This document shows positions 9,814-19,343 of a stretch of DNA of 64,000 nucleotides, in pieces. The notes beneath the pieces are model-generated. The model worked only from the letters and a program-made list of their open reading frames with translations, made no database searches and was not told where the DNA came from. Origin of the DNA: Candidatus Pacebacteria bacterium RIFOXYA1_FULL_38_18 (GTDB lineage Bacteria > Patescibacteriota > Microgenomatia > UBA1400 > PJMF01); NCBI GenBank assembly GCA_001787405.1, contig MFWV01000011.1, forward strand, positions 48,857-112,856. The letters run 5' to 3'. A program made the translations under genes and the position numbers. Position 1 is the stretch's first letter, and the number at the start of each line of letters is the position of its first letter.

Positions 9814-10251
9814 TTAATCAATAAAAAAATCTCTATTTGGATTGATAAAACGTGCTAATTGTAAGTATTTATTTGCTTCTTCATATTGTTGCGCTTCATG
9901 AGCCAAAATGGCCAAATTTATATAATCGGCCTGAGGGATAAAGTTTTTTTTCAGGGTTTCAGTGCGGTAAGTTTGAAAAACTTCACTCAATTGCTCGTTT
10001 TTAATAGTGCGATAAACGGGAACTATCTCTTGACTATTTTCCAAAGAAATATTTAATTTGACAGCGTGTTGAGGCTGGGCGTTTGGTAACCAAATCAAGC
10101 CGGCTCCAAGCGCGATTAAACAGACAGTGAGGAGTAAATTGACCACCATCAGCCGAGTGATTTCCAACGGAAAGAAAATCAATTGACCAAAAGTCAGTCC
10201 AAGTTTGCCGATTAGTTTTAATGTAAAAAGAGGGAACTTAAGTTTCCACAT
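9814..10251 (-). CDS. Hypothetical membrane protein with TPR-like C-terminal helix pair
   Basis: Hydrophobic segment; YINLAILA...EANKYLQLARFINPN; directly downstream of valS. Confidence 0.55.
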   Translation of the reverse strand: MWKLKFPLFTLKLIGKLGLTFGQLIFFPLEITRLMVVNLLLTVCLIALGAGLIWLPNAQPQHAVKLNISLENSQEIVPVYRTIKNEQLSEVFQTYRTETLKKNFIPQADYINLAILAHEAQQYEEANKYLQLARFINPNRDFFID

Positions 10252-10258
10252 AAAGCTA

Positions 10259-12487
10259 TTATTCTTTGGATTTAGTTGGCCATAAAGCAGTAATTAATAA
10301 TGGTTCATTTGTTATTTTTTTCTCGACCAAAGTTTGCCAAACAGCTTCTGTTACGAAAGGCGTAAATGGATGAAGTAATTTAAGAAAAGTTTGTAGACCG
10401 GCAATTAGTTGCTGGCCGCCGAGCTTGCCAGCTTTGGCGGTTTCTATACATTCGTCGCAATACCAATGCCAGAATTCGTTATAAGCAGTCTCGGCGGCCA
10501 GCCCTAATTGAAAATTAGTTAGATTCTTGGTAATTACTTGACTAACTTCCTCGATTTTTTTATTAAATTGATCATTAATTTTTTCTTCACCTGCCTGAGT
10601 AGTATCCAGGTGTTCCAAAACAAATCGGGAAGCATTCCAAAGCTTATTGGTTAAATTGCGCATGGCTCTGAAATCTTGTTCACCCACGGCTTTGTCCAAT
10701 CCCGGCGTCGACCGGATTATTAAGGCCATTCTGAGCGCATCAGCACCGTATTTTTCGGTTAGTTCCATTGGGTTGACCACGTTACCCTTACTCTTACTCA
10801 TTTTTTGACCTTTGGCGTCTCTAATCAGTCCGTGTAAATAGATATCAGTGAATGGCAGTTTGCCAGTAACATATTTTCCCATGAACAACATTCTCATCAC
10901 CCAAAACATCAAAATATCATAGGCAGTCTCCAGCACTTGAGTGGGGTAGAAGCGTTCAAAATCTTTTTCAGACAAACTCTTGAGGGTAGTAAACGGCCAT
11001 TGTGCCGAGCTAAACCAGGTGTCCAGCGTGTCGGTTTCTTGAAGATAATTTTCACCGGGAGATTTGAGAGCAATCATATATTCGGCCGTCAATGGTGCGC
11101 GTAATTCTTGTAAACCCTGTCCAATTTCTTTGATTGCATAATTTTTAGCTAATAATTCTGAGCTAGTTCCAGTAATTTTTTCTCCAGTTTTGGTCAAAAA
11201 AGTAATTGATAGATCTAGATTTTTTTCTAGGTCGTACCAAACCGGCATTCTAATTCCCCAAACAATTTGACGTGAAATATTCCAATCATAGAGATTTTCG
11301 AGCCAGTGTTTGAGAATTTTGTCGTAACCAGTGCCATGAATACGAATCTTTTTCTCTTTTAGTGCTTCCAACACTGGTTTAACCAATGGCTTAACTTTGA
11401 TAAAAAATTGCGGTAGCAAAAGTGGTTCGATGACGTGCTTGCAACGATAACAGGTTGCTATTCTATTTTTATATGATTCATCAATCTTTTCTATCAATCC
11501 ATTTTTTTGCAAATCCGCTACTACTTGTTCACGAGCTACCTTAACTTTCAATCCAGCATATTTCCCCCCAGTCGCGACGATTCGTCCCATCAAATCAATT
11601 GCTGGATTAATAGGCAAGCCAAGCTTTTTTGCTACGGCAAAATCTTCTCGATCATGAGCGGGGGTAAGTTTAACCACGCCGGTGCCAAAGTCCGGATCTA
11701 CAAAATCATCACCAATAATTTCCATTTCGACTTGAGTTAGAGGATTCAAAACCTTTTTGCCAATTAGTGCTCGTCTCTTTTTATCTTTGGGATTTACTGC
11801 CAAATGAGTGTCGGCAAAAATTGGTTCTGGTCGAACCGTAGCCACAGTCACAAACTCACCAACCCGATCGACCAAAGGATATTTAACGTAATAAAGCGGA
11901 GTAGTTTGTTCTTGATGAATTACTTCCAACTCAGAGAAACTAGTCCCGCAGTGAGTGCAGTAATTGACCAATTGTTCATCTCGATAAAGCAGATCATCTT
12001 GGTCTAGTTTGAGCAGGGTTTTTAATGCCTCATCGACGGCTTTTTGATCAAGAGTAAAAACAAATCTAGACCAATCAGCACTTGCTCCCAATCTTTTCAT
12101 TTGTTTGATAGCTACTCCAGAATTTTCCTGAACATAATCCCAAATCATCTGGTAAAGAGTTTCCCGATCAAAATCAAACCTGGTTTTATTTTCCTTTTTT
12201 AGTTTTTTTTCAAAGACAAATTGAGTTTCGATTCCGGCGTGATCTGCGCCTGGTAACCAGAGGGTATCATCACCCAGCATACGATGAAATCTAGTGAGGA
12301 CGTCCTCGATTGCCACAAACATGGCATGACCCACATGCAGAGGATCATTGGCATTGGGTGGAGGCATGATAATGGTAAAGGGTTTTTGATTTTTAGCTAG
12401 CTGTTTTGCCGGAGAAAAAACCTGATTTTCTTCCCATAATCCATAAATTTTTTGCTCGTATTCTTGATGATCGTAACGCTTATCCAT
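10259..12487 (-). CDS. valS: Valine--tRNA ligase (C-terminally short)
   Basis: PPPNAN..LHVGH, DHAGIETQ, GTGVVKLTPAHD, DWNISRQIVWG, DTWFSS, KMSKSKGN. Confidence 0.97.
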   Translation of the reverse strand: MDKRYDHQEYEQKIYGLWEENQVFSPAKQLAKNQKPFTIIMPPPNANDPLHVGHAMFVAIEDVLTRFHRMLGDDTLWLPGADHAGIETQFVFEKKLKKENKTRFDFDRETLYQMIWDYVQENSGVAIKQMKRLGASADWSRFVFTLDQKAVDEALKTLLKLDQDDLLYRDEQLVNYCTHCGTSFSELEVIHQEQTTPLYYVKYPLVDRVGEFVTVATVRPEPIFADTHLAVNPKDKKRRALIGKKVLNPLTQVEMEIIGDDFVDPDFGTGVVKLTPAHDREDFAVAKKLGLPINPAIDLMGRIVATGGKYAGLKVKVAREQVVADLQKNGLIEKIDESYKNRIATCYRCKHVIEPLLLPQFFIKVKPLVKPVLEALKEKKIRIHGTGYDKILKHWLENLYDWNISRQIVWGIRMPVWYDLEKNLDLSITFLTKTGEKITGTSSELLAKNYAIKEIGQGLQELRAPLTAEYMIALKSPGENYLQETDTLDTWFSSAQWPFTTLKSLSEKDFERFYPTQVLETAYDILMFWVMRMLFMGKYVTGKLPFTDIYLHGLIRDAKGQKMSKSKGNVVNPMELTEKYGADALRMALIIRSTPGLDKAVGEQDFRAMRNLTNKLWNASRFVLEHLDTTQAGEEKINDQFNKKIEEVSQVITKNLTNFQLGLAAETAYNEFWHWYCDECIETAKAGKLGGQQLIAGLQTFLKLLHPFTPFVTEAVWQTLVEKKITNEPLLITALWPTKSKE

Positions 12488-12622
12488 GACCTGAATTGTA
12501 TCACGATGGCCTCTGGGAAGAGAGCTCGAGCATGATTTATCTAAACTTTTTCGACTAATAATTAATTACAGCAAGAATAGTTATCACCTAGTGGAATATT
12601 TTTTATTCAAATTTTTAGAATC

Positions 12623-13243
12623 ATGACCCGATCCCAACTCTCGCCTCAATTATTAGCTCGCCGGGTTGTATTAGTTAATGAACAAGATGAAGAAATTGGC
12701 TCGGCTAGCTTAATTGAAGCTCATCAGAAAAAAGGATTGTTGCATCGTGCTTCTTCTGTGTTTTTATTTCGTAAAAAAAATGGCAAATTAGAGTTTCTCA
12801 TCCAACAGAGAAGTCCACAGAAAGTTCTAGCAGCCAATCTATGGGCCAATACTGTTTGTGGCAATGTTACTCCAAAGGAGGATTGTAAACATTGCATTAC
12901 TCGTAGACTTAGAGAAGAATTGGGGATTGAAAAATCAGATCTGACTAAATTAGTAAAATATCGCTATCAAGTTGATTGCGGTGGTGGTTTTGCCGAAAAC
13001 GAAATAGATCAAATTTTTGTGGGTTGGTATGATGGCTCAATTAATCCCGATACTAGCGAGGTTATTCAAGCTAAATGGGTTGATTGGCAATCATTTTTGG
13101 CTTTTATTCAAAAGGGAACTATACCAACTGATAAAAATGAAAAACTAATTTTTCAACAAGATAATTTTGCTCCCTGGATAAAATTGATGTTTAATGAACC
13201 TCAAGTTTTGGAATCATTGGAAAAATTTATTAAACAATCATGA
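12623..13243 (+). CDS. idi: Isopentenyl-diphosphate delta-isomerase type 1 (Nudix)
   Basis: LLHRASSVFLF, QQRS..K, WANTVCG, RRLREELGI, ENEID; upstream of uppS. Confidence 0.9.
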   Translation: MTRSQLSPQLLARRVVLVNEQDEEIGSASLIEAHQKKGLLHRASSVFLFRKKNGKLEFLIQQRSPQKVLAANLWANTVCGNVTPKEDCKHCITRRLREELGIEKSDLTKLVKYRYQVDCGGGFAENEIDQIFVGWYDGSINPDTSEVIQAKWVDWQSFLAFIQKGTIPTDKNEKLIFQQDNFAPWIKLMFNEPQVLESLEKFIKQS

Positions 13244-13938
13244 CAACCCCCCAACACGTAGCGATTATTATGGATGGCAATCGTCGTTGGGCACGCCAAC
13301 AAGGTCTGCAGGCCTCACTGGGCCATAAACAAATGGTGGAAGAGGGAATTGAGCGGATAGTAAGAGGGGCGAAAAAGTTGGGAATTAAGTATCTTACTCT
13401 TTGGGCTTTTAGTACGGAAAATTGGCAGAGGGATAAAAAAGAAGTGCAGTTTTTGATGAAACTTTTTCGCCAAATGTTTACCAAAGAGGTTAAAAAACTT
13501 CACGAAAAAGGAGTAAGAATTCGCACCATAGGTGATCTGAGTCGTTTTGATCAAGATATTCAGGATAGTATTGCCAAATGGGTTGAAGAAACAGCAAAAA
13601 ATAAGGATATCACCGTGATTTTTGCTCTTAATTATGGTGGCCAGGATGAAATCTTGCGAGCAATAAATAAGATTACTCAAGAAATAAAATCAAATAATTC
13701 TCAACCAAAAAAACTTAGTCAGTCAAGATTTGAACAATACTTGGATACGGCTGATTTGCCCAAAGTGGATTTAATCATTCGTCCAGGAGGAGAACAGCGT
13801 TTATCAGGTTTTCTTGCCTGGCAAAGTGCTTATGCGGAATTGTATTTCACGGATGTATTAATGCCGGATTTTGATGAAAATGAATTAACAAAAGCCGTGA
13901 AAGAATTTCAACGTCGTCAACGAAGATTTGGCAAATAA
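13240..13938 (+). CDS. uppS: Undecaprenyl diphosphate synthase (cis-prenyltransferase)
   Basis: HVAIIMDGNRRWA, AFSTENWQR, ALNYGG, EQRLSGFLAWQSAYAELYF, RRFG. Confidence 0.98.
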   Translation: MTTPQHVAIIMDGNRRWARQQGLQASLGHKQMVEEGIERIVRGAKKLGIKYLTLWAFSTENWQRDKKEVQFLMKLFRQMFTKEVKKLHEKGVRIRTIGDLSRFDQDIQDSIAKWVEETAKNKDITVIFALNYGGQDEILRAINKITQEIKSNNSQPKKLSQSRFEQYLDTADLPKVDLIIRPGGEQRLSGFLAWQSAYAELYFTDVLMPDFDENELTKAVKEFQRRQRRFGK

Positions 13939-13947
13939 TAAAAATAC

Positions 13948-14370
13948 TTAAAGTGGCCACTGAGTCTCGGGCCCAGGGATTCTGAATTTTAAAATAGTTT
14001 TTACCCCTGTAAAATCACTGATTAGATTGAGAATAATAAAGGCAGACAGTGCTACCACTAGGCCGATTACTGCAGAAGTGATTGATTTTTGGGCTTTTTC
14101 TACGTTTTGACTATTTCCACCAGATAGCAAAATATTAAAGGCAGCCACAACGACCATGATAAAGGAAACTATTCCTACTAAAGTTAAAAAAGTAGCCAAG
14201 ACATTGGCCAATAAACATTGAAAACCTTGGATAGTGGCTACCGAGCTATCATTTTCACTCACACACACTCCACTCCAAGAACTGGTTTGGGCTAGAGCAG
14301 GGGAGGCGCTAGCTAAAAAACCAAGCAAGGCAGAGCCGATGACCGCTATTTTCCGATTAATATTTTTCAT
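13948..14370 (-). CDS. TrbC/VirB2-like (CPR-type) pilin
   Basis: Signal peptide ending ALA-Q, two hydrophobic helices around SGGNSQNVEKAQKSITSAVIGL; start placed at MKNIN. Confidence 0.75.
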   Translation of the reverse strand: MKNINRKIAVIGSALLGFLASASPALAQTSSWSGVCVSENDSSVATIQGFQCLLANVLATFLTLVGIVSFIMVVVAAFNILLSGGNSQNVEKAQKSITSAVIGLVVALSAFIILNLISDFTGVKTILKFRIPGPETQWPL

Positions 14371-14446
14371 ATAAGCGTAATTATACATACAAAATCGAGA
14401 TAAAAAAATCTATTCAAAGCTGGACGGTTTGGTTTTTTTAAAAAAT

Positions 14447-14485
14447 AAAAAAAAGAAGCCCTCGCACGTTAGTGAGAAGGCTTCT
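14447..14485 (-). terminator. Rho-independent terminator after the 14504-14902 pilin
   Basis: Minus strand reads AGAAGCCTTCTCAC-loop-GCGAGGGCTTCT followed by a T-run. Confidence 0.75.
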
Positions 14486-14503
14486 GAATTTCAATTAATT
14501 TAA

Positions 14504-14902
14504 TTAACCATTGATGGTTCTAGTTTCCAGCACTTCATTTAGGTCTTTGAAGCCCAAGAAGTTCAAGGCTAAAGTAAGAATGGCATAAGAAGCAGCCACT
14601 ACGATCAAGCCGATTATCGCTGAGGTAATTTTGTTTCTAGCACTTTCGGTTTTACCTTTATCACCTCCGCTAGTAATCCATTCAATACCTCCCCAAATGA
14701 GATAGAGAAAGACCATTAAGGCTGCTAACACCATAACAAAACTCAAAATACCATTTAACAACTTACCAAAATCAGTGGCGAAACCCTGACCTGGGGTAAC
14801 TTGAGTTTTGGCGATATCCACAGCTCCAGCTGGGACTACGGCAGCAACCAAGCTGGCAATGGACACACTGGTTGACAGAGTGAATTTTTGAAATTTATTC
14901 AT
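14504..14902 (-). CDS. TrbC/VirB2-like pilin, probable major subunit
   Basis: Signal peptide, GGIEWITSGGDKGKTESARNKITSAIIGL; AAGGAG RBS; own promoter and terminator. Confidence 0.82.
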   Translation of the reverse strand: MNKFQKFTLSTSVSIASLVAAVVPAGAVDIAKTQVTPGQGFATDFGKLLNGILSFVMVLAALMVFLYLIWGGIEWITSGGDKGKTESARNKITSAIIGLIVVAASYAILTLALNFLGFKDLNEVLETRTING

Positions 14903-14957
14903 GATTCTCCTTTTATTAATTTCTAAATTTTTTTACCCTAAAACAAGATTGCTGATC

Positions 14958-14987
14958 ATTATACTCATATCTTGCCATAAACGTCAA
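14958..14987 (-). promoter_or_regulatory. Sigma70-type promoter of the 14504-14902 pilin
   Basis: TTGACG-18 nt-TATAAT on the minus strand. Confidence 0.7.
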
Positions 14988-15025
14988 AACATTATCAGTT
15001 CGCTTTTTCCAGTCAATCTCGAATT

Positions 15026-15367
15026 TTAACAAGTTCCTCCAAAATCAAGTATGCAGATATTTAAAAATTTTTGCAACAAAATAAAGAGTGCGGTGGTAGA
15101 AGCCAGTACGATTAAACCAATTAACGCTTGAGTAATTTTATTTCTAGAACTTTCTAGTTTGCTTTTATCACCCTCACTAGTGATCCATCCCAAGGCGCCT
15201 AGCAAAAGATAAATAAAAGCGACCAACACTGCCACCACCATGATTGCGCTCATTAGCGTACTCATAAAACCACCAAAACCACCTTTGACACTAGAACCAG
15301 GCAGATTGGCTTGATCAGCAGCACCGCTTAGATTGATGGTAGTCTGTTGGGCGATTAAATTATTCAT
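15026..15367 (-). CDS. TrbC/VirB2-like pilin
   Basis: GALGWITSEGDKSKLESSRNKITQALIGL. Confidence 0.78.
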   Translation of the reverse strand: MNNLIAQQTTINLSGAADQANLPGSSVKGGFGGFMSTLMSAIMVVAVLVAFIYLLLGALGWITSEGDKSKLESSRNKITQALIGLIVLASTTALFILLQKFLNICILDFGGTC

Positions 15368-15372
15368 GTTTT

Positions 15373-15792
15373 TTAATTCAAAGCACTAGGAATAGTTATT
15401 TTCAAAATATTAAAACTTTCACCAAAAAATAGGTCGCTAATGAAACTTAAAATGACGAAAGAACCAACTAAAATAATCAAACCAATAATTGCTTGCATGA
15501 TGCGATTTCTGGCTTTTTCCAGTTTACCCTTTTCACCCTCACTAGTAATCCACTCAAAAGCTCCCAAGATAAAGAATACCAAGACCGTGATTGCTCCAAT
15601 GCCAATAATGGCGCTCCAAAGAGTTACGAAATAATTGGCAAAAGTAACTCCGCTAGCTGCTCCTTCAGCGTCATTACCCAGCGCTCCCTCGACTACTGGA
15701 TTGGTTAATTGAGCAAAAGCGGGAGAAGCTGTTGCCAGTGTAAAAACACTCAGGGTTGATAGAGCGCTGCCGATTTTGATTATTTTTTTCAT
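15373..15792 (-). CDS. TrbC/VirB2-like pilin
   Basis: Signal peptide ending AFA-Q; GAFEWITSEGEKGKLEKARNRIMQAIIGL. Confidence 0.78.
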   Translation of the reverse strand: MKKIIKIGSALSTLSVFTLATASPAFAQLTNPVVEGALGNDAEGAASGVTFANYFVTLWSAIIGIGAITVLVFFILGAFEWITSEGEKGKLEKARNRIMQAIIGLIILVGSFVILSFISDLFFGESFNILKITIPSALN

Positions 15793-16208
15793 AATCCTCC
15801 TGAAACTGGGGCAATAATATTTTGAATTTGTTCGGCAGGATTCAAGAAATCAAAGCCCAATAGACTGCCCAACAACCCAATAATGCTGTATGAAGCGATG
15901 ATGATAATCATACCCAGTGCTCCATGTACCATTTGATTCCTAGCTTTTTCCAGTTTGCCCTTATCTCCCTCACTAGAAATCCATTGAAAGGCACCAATGA
16001 CAAACTGCACCACAAAAAACAACGCACCCAAAGCAGTTAAAAAGCCAATTATATTGGAAACAAAAAGTTCTAGATTGGTTAATGCTCCAGTACCAACATC
16101 TGATCCTTCACTATAAGCATCAGTGGGGGGAGTAAAACCACCTAGAGGAACATCTTCAGTAGCACCTTTACCTGCTTGAGTGATTAATGAAAAAAAACTA
16201 AATAGCAT
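15789..16208 (-). CDS. TrbC/VirB2-like pilin
   Basis: GAFQWISSEGDKGKLEKARNQMVHGALGM. Confidence 0.78.
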   Translation of the reverse strand: MLFSFFSLITQAGKGATEDVPLGGFTPPTDAYSEGSDVGTGALTNLELFVSNIIGFLTALGALFFVVQFVIGAFQWISSEGDKGKLEKARNQMVHGALGMIIIIASYSIIGLLGSLLGFDFLNPAEQIQNIIAPVSGGL

Positions 16209-16220
16209 AATTTGGACTCC

Positions 16221-16712
16221 TTACGAAACTCCTCGCAATGTAGGATTGATAATGTAAGTAGCATCACCAAAGAAAATCAGACCGATGATTGCAGCAATGG
16301 TATAGGCCCCCACAATCAAGCCAAGACCAACCAGACTATTAGTCATCATGGAGGAAGCTTGAGTAACACCCTTGCTGTCTCCAGAAGAAATAATGTATTG
16401 CCAGCCAGCCAAGATAAAATTGATCAGCACCCAAACTCCAGCAGCTACGGTGGCTAGACGAATGAGATTGGAAATAAAAGTAATAAGACCAATTCCGCCC
16501 TCACCTTCGGCGTTATAACGATCTACACCCGCTGGGGCTTCGATAGTACCAAAAATACTAGTTTCATCACTAGTTTTAGGATTAGTGGGAGTAATTTGAC
16601 CTACGGCAATTACTGAATTGGTAAAGCCACCCAGAAAAATTCCCAGGACAATTGTGAGAGAAAGAAAAAACTTGGTTAGTTGGTTGGTCAAACTAGATTT
16701 CATTTTCATCAT
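16221..16712 (-). CDS. TrbC/VirB2-like pilin
   Basis: Signal peptide; AGWQYIISSGDSKGVTQASSMMTNSLVGL. Confidence 0.75.
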   Translation of the reverse strand: MMKMKSSLTNQLTKFFLSLTIVLGIFLGGFTNSVIAVGQITPTNPKTSDETSIFGTIEAPAGVDRYNAEGEGGIGLITFISNLIRLATVAAGVWVLINFILAGWQYIISSGDSKGVTQASSMMTNSLVGLGLIVGAYTIAAIIGLIFFGDATYIINPTLRGVS

Positions 16713-16731
16713 GATTGTAGTATAGCTTTCT

Positions 16732-17067
16732 CTACAAAGGAATATCTGCTCCCGTGATTACTTTGATAATTTGTAAAATCCAATAGGCAGCAAACATGAT
16801 AACTAGACCAGCCACCATAGTGCTGGCGATTTTTTGGGCTTCTTGTAAACCTTTTTCTCCTTGAGCAATGAATTTATAACCGATCACAATAATAAGGACC
16901 ATGATCACTACGCCAGCAATAACGAAGAGATTTGGTACTATCAAATTGACTAAATCAGCAGGGGTGCTAAAGACTTCGCTAACAGGTTTCCCTCCTTGTA
17001 AAATATAGGATGATCCAAGATCTAAATCTCCTTCACCGGTGTTTTGAGCAATGAGTAGATCCAGCAT
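16732..17067 (-). CDS. TrbC/VirB2-like pilin
   Basis: IGYKFIAQGEKGLQEAQKIASTMVAGLVIMFAAYWI. Confidence 0.72.
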   Translation of the reverse strand: MLDLLIAQNTGEGDLDLGSSYILQGGKPVSEVFSTPADLVNLIVPNLFVIAGVVIMVLIIVIGYKFIAQGEKGLQEAQKIASTMVAGLVIMFAAYWILQIIKVITGADIPL

Positions 17068-17110
17068 TGAATGGTATTATATCAGCAACCGGAGAAGAAA
17101 AAAACGTGTC

Positions 17111-17656
17111 ATGCACATCTTAATCAAAGACGAACAAAAACTAGTTGAACAATTGAGACAAGGCAAAAACCAAGCCGTAAAGACTTGGTTTAAATTATTT
17201 TCTCCTTATTTATTAGCCATTACCTTAAAAAAAGTTTCCAGCCACCAGGATGCAGAGGAATTAGTTCAAGAAACCTTCATCAATTGTTTGCGTCAACTAC
17301 CTCTGTTTGAGGGTCGGTCTAGATTAAAAACCTGGATGGTAAGTATTTTGCATCATGAAATTGCGGATTTTTATCGTAAAAAATATGCCAAAAAAACTCT
17401 GCAGACTATTCCACTAGTCAATCTTATTTTGACTCAACCGATCAAAGATGCGAGTGAAACTTCACAAAAAGTACGACAAGTACTATCAAATATGAGTCAG
17501 CGCAAGAGAGAATTACTATTGATGAAATATGTAGACAAAAAACAAGTCAAGGAAATCGCTCACTATTGGCAAAAAACAGCCAAATCAGTAGAAGCTGAAC
17601 TCTTTCGCGCCAGAGAGGAATTTCGATTGCTTTATGCTCAATTGGAAAGAGCTTAA
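17111..17656 (+). CDS. ECF-type RNA polymerase sigma factor
   Basis: DAEELVQETF, FEGRSRLKTW region 2; VKEIA...TAKSVEAELFRAR region 4; start placed at MHILI. Confidence 0.9.
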   Translation: MHILIKDEQKLVEQLRQGKNQAVKTWFKLFSPYLLAITLKKVSSHQDAEELVQETFINCLRQLPLFEGRSRLKTWMVSILHHEIADFYRKKYAKKTLQTIPLVNLILTQPIKDASETSQKVRQVLSNMSQRKRELLLMKYVDKKQVKEIAHYWQKTAKSVEAELFRAREEFRLLYAQLERA

Positions 17657-17708
17657 AAAATTTAGATTAAAAAAACCTAAACAGTTTAATTTGAAAGAAA
17701 CAAAAGAT

Positions 17709-17894
17709 ATGCAACAAGCTCAATTTTTACAAACCCTTGCCGAGGAGGCTCGTTTACAAGCTCAAATTAGCTCCACAAAAGTAGTGCCAAAAAGTTTGGA
17801 AAGAATGGCTAATTTAATCGGCAATCATACTTGGAAATTATTATTAGTAGTTTCTGGAATAATGTCCCTGCTCACAGAAATATGGCAGCGATGA
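17709..17894 (+). CDS. Small membrane protein downstream of ECF sigma (possible anti-sigma)
   Basis: MQQAQFLQTLAEEARLQ... with C-terminal hydrophobic helix; ATGA overlap with next gene. Confidence 0.55.
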   Translation: MQQAQFLQTLAEEARLQAQISSTKVVPKSLERMANLIGNHTWKLLLVVSGIMSLLTEIWQR

Positions 17895-18247
17895 TACATC
17901 AACGATCTTTACACATTGCAACATCATTACTGTATTCCATTGGTCAGATTACCCAGGGTTTGTTTTTGCATCCCTATCAAACTATGCAGTTGTTGGTTCG
18001 TGAAAAAGTATTTTTTTGGCTGACTTTTTTACCTATGGGAGTGTGGGTGGTGGCTAGACTATTTTGGGGGTTAATCATCGTGCCTTTGGTGCGCTTGACT
18101 TTTTCCTGTAGCCAAACTGGCTTTATGGGTTGTGATTTGATTTCTTTTTTTAGTCGTTGGTTATTTTATTTTTGTATTTTATGGCAATTAATATTGTTAT
18201 ATTTGTTTGTCAGATTTAGTTATGCTTTTTTCAAAAAGAACTCATGA
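17891..18247 (+). CDS. Hypothetical membrane protein
   Basis: Hydrophobic; GLFLHPYQTMQ; ATGA-coupled to the upstream gene and to recF. Confidence 0.65.
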   Translation: MIHQRSLHIATSLLYSIGQITQGLFLHPYQTMQLLVREKVFFWLTFLPMGVWVVARLFWGLIIVPLVRLTFSCSQTGFMGCDLISFFSRWLFYFCILWQLILLYLFVRFSYAFFKKNS

Positions 18248-19335
18248 AAGTAGCTAAAATATTTTTTCAACACTTTCGCTTGTTTGAGCAACAAGAAGTA
18301 ACTCTAAATGATGTTACGTTGTTGGTGGGTGATAATGGTTCCGGCAAGACTTCTGTAATTGAAGGTTTATATTTACTTTCTCACGGTGAAAGCTTTCGAG
18401 CTTATAAAATTGATGAAATGATTGCTTTCAATCAGGAGTTGGCCAGAGTAGGAATTTCTTTGGTAGAAGAGATAGAAGAGAACAAATCAGCTTCAAGTTC
18501 AAAAACAGATATTTTGGAAGTGACATTGACTCGGGGATTGGTACAGGGATCGCGAACTAGAAAACGATTGTTTTCCATCAATGGAGCTGGTAAAAGTCAG
18601 AAAAATTTTGTAGGTGAATTTCAAGCAATTGTTTTTCAGCCAGAGGACATGAGGTTGGTAGAAGGCTCGCCTGGTCGTCGCCGTTCTTTTATTGATGAAG
18701 TTTTACAACTAACTAATCCAGAATATGCTTATTCGTTGCACACTTATGAACAAGCTCTTAAACGGTTAAATAAATTTCTAGAACAAGTTCGAGAGAGAGA
18801 ACAGCCTCGCTCGGTGTTGAAATATTGGGAAATGCTTTTGGTCAAACATGGAAAAATTTTGCAGACCGACAGACTTGAGTTTTTTGAGTTTTTACGACGC
18901 TTAGATTCACCTTTTAGTTTTGATGTGCGTTATTTAATTTCTGAAATTTCTGAAAAAGCACTTGATTCTCGTCAGGAAAAGGCTATTGCAGCTGGTCATG
19001 TCTTGATTGGTCCACATAAAGATGATTTTGAGATTTTATTTGCTGGTGAAAATTTAGACAATCGAGAATTGTCTATTTATGGCTCGCGTGGTCAACAACG
19101 CTTGGGAGTTTTATGGTTAAAACTAGGCGAATTGAGGTTTTTGGAAAAAATAAAAAAACAAAAGCCGCTTTTACTTTTGGATGATATTTTTTCTGAGTTG
19201 GATGAAGCTTCGGAAAACTTAGTGCTTGAATTGGTTGGTAAATATCAAACCGTAATTACTACGGCCAATGAAAATACTAAAGAATTTCTAAAACAAAAAC
19301 TAAAAAAATTAACGATTAAGAAGATGAAAAATTAA
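18244..19335 (+). CDS. recF: DNA replication/repair protein RecF
   Basis: GDNGSGKT Walker A, GSPGRRRSFID, GPHKDD, SRGQQR, LLLDDIFSELD. Confidence 0.95.
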   Translation: MKVAKIFFQHFRLFEQQEVTLNDVTLLVGDNGSGKTSVIEGLYLLSHGESFRAYKIDEMIAFNQELARVGISLVEEIEENKSASSSKTDILEVTLTRGLVQGSRTRKRLFSINGAGKSQKNFVGEFQAIVFQPEDMRLVEGSPGRRRSFIDEVLQLTNPEYAYSLHTYEQALKRLNKFLEQVREREQPRSVLKYWEMLLVKHGKILQTDRLEFFEFLRRLDSPFSFDVRYLISEISEKALDSRQEKAIAAGHVLIGPHKDDFEILFAGENLDNRELSIYGSRGQQRLGVLWLKLGELRFLEKIKKQKPLLLLDDIFSELDEASENLVLELVGKYQTVITTANENTKEFLKQKLKKLTIKKMKN

Positions 19336-19343
19336 TTTGTTGA

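Noticed and set aside
10259-10400. valS lacking the C-terminal coiled coil as a pseudogene
   Set aside because: All catalytic motifs and the anticodon-binding domain are intact and it ends cleanly; short ValRS forms are plausible in reduced genomes
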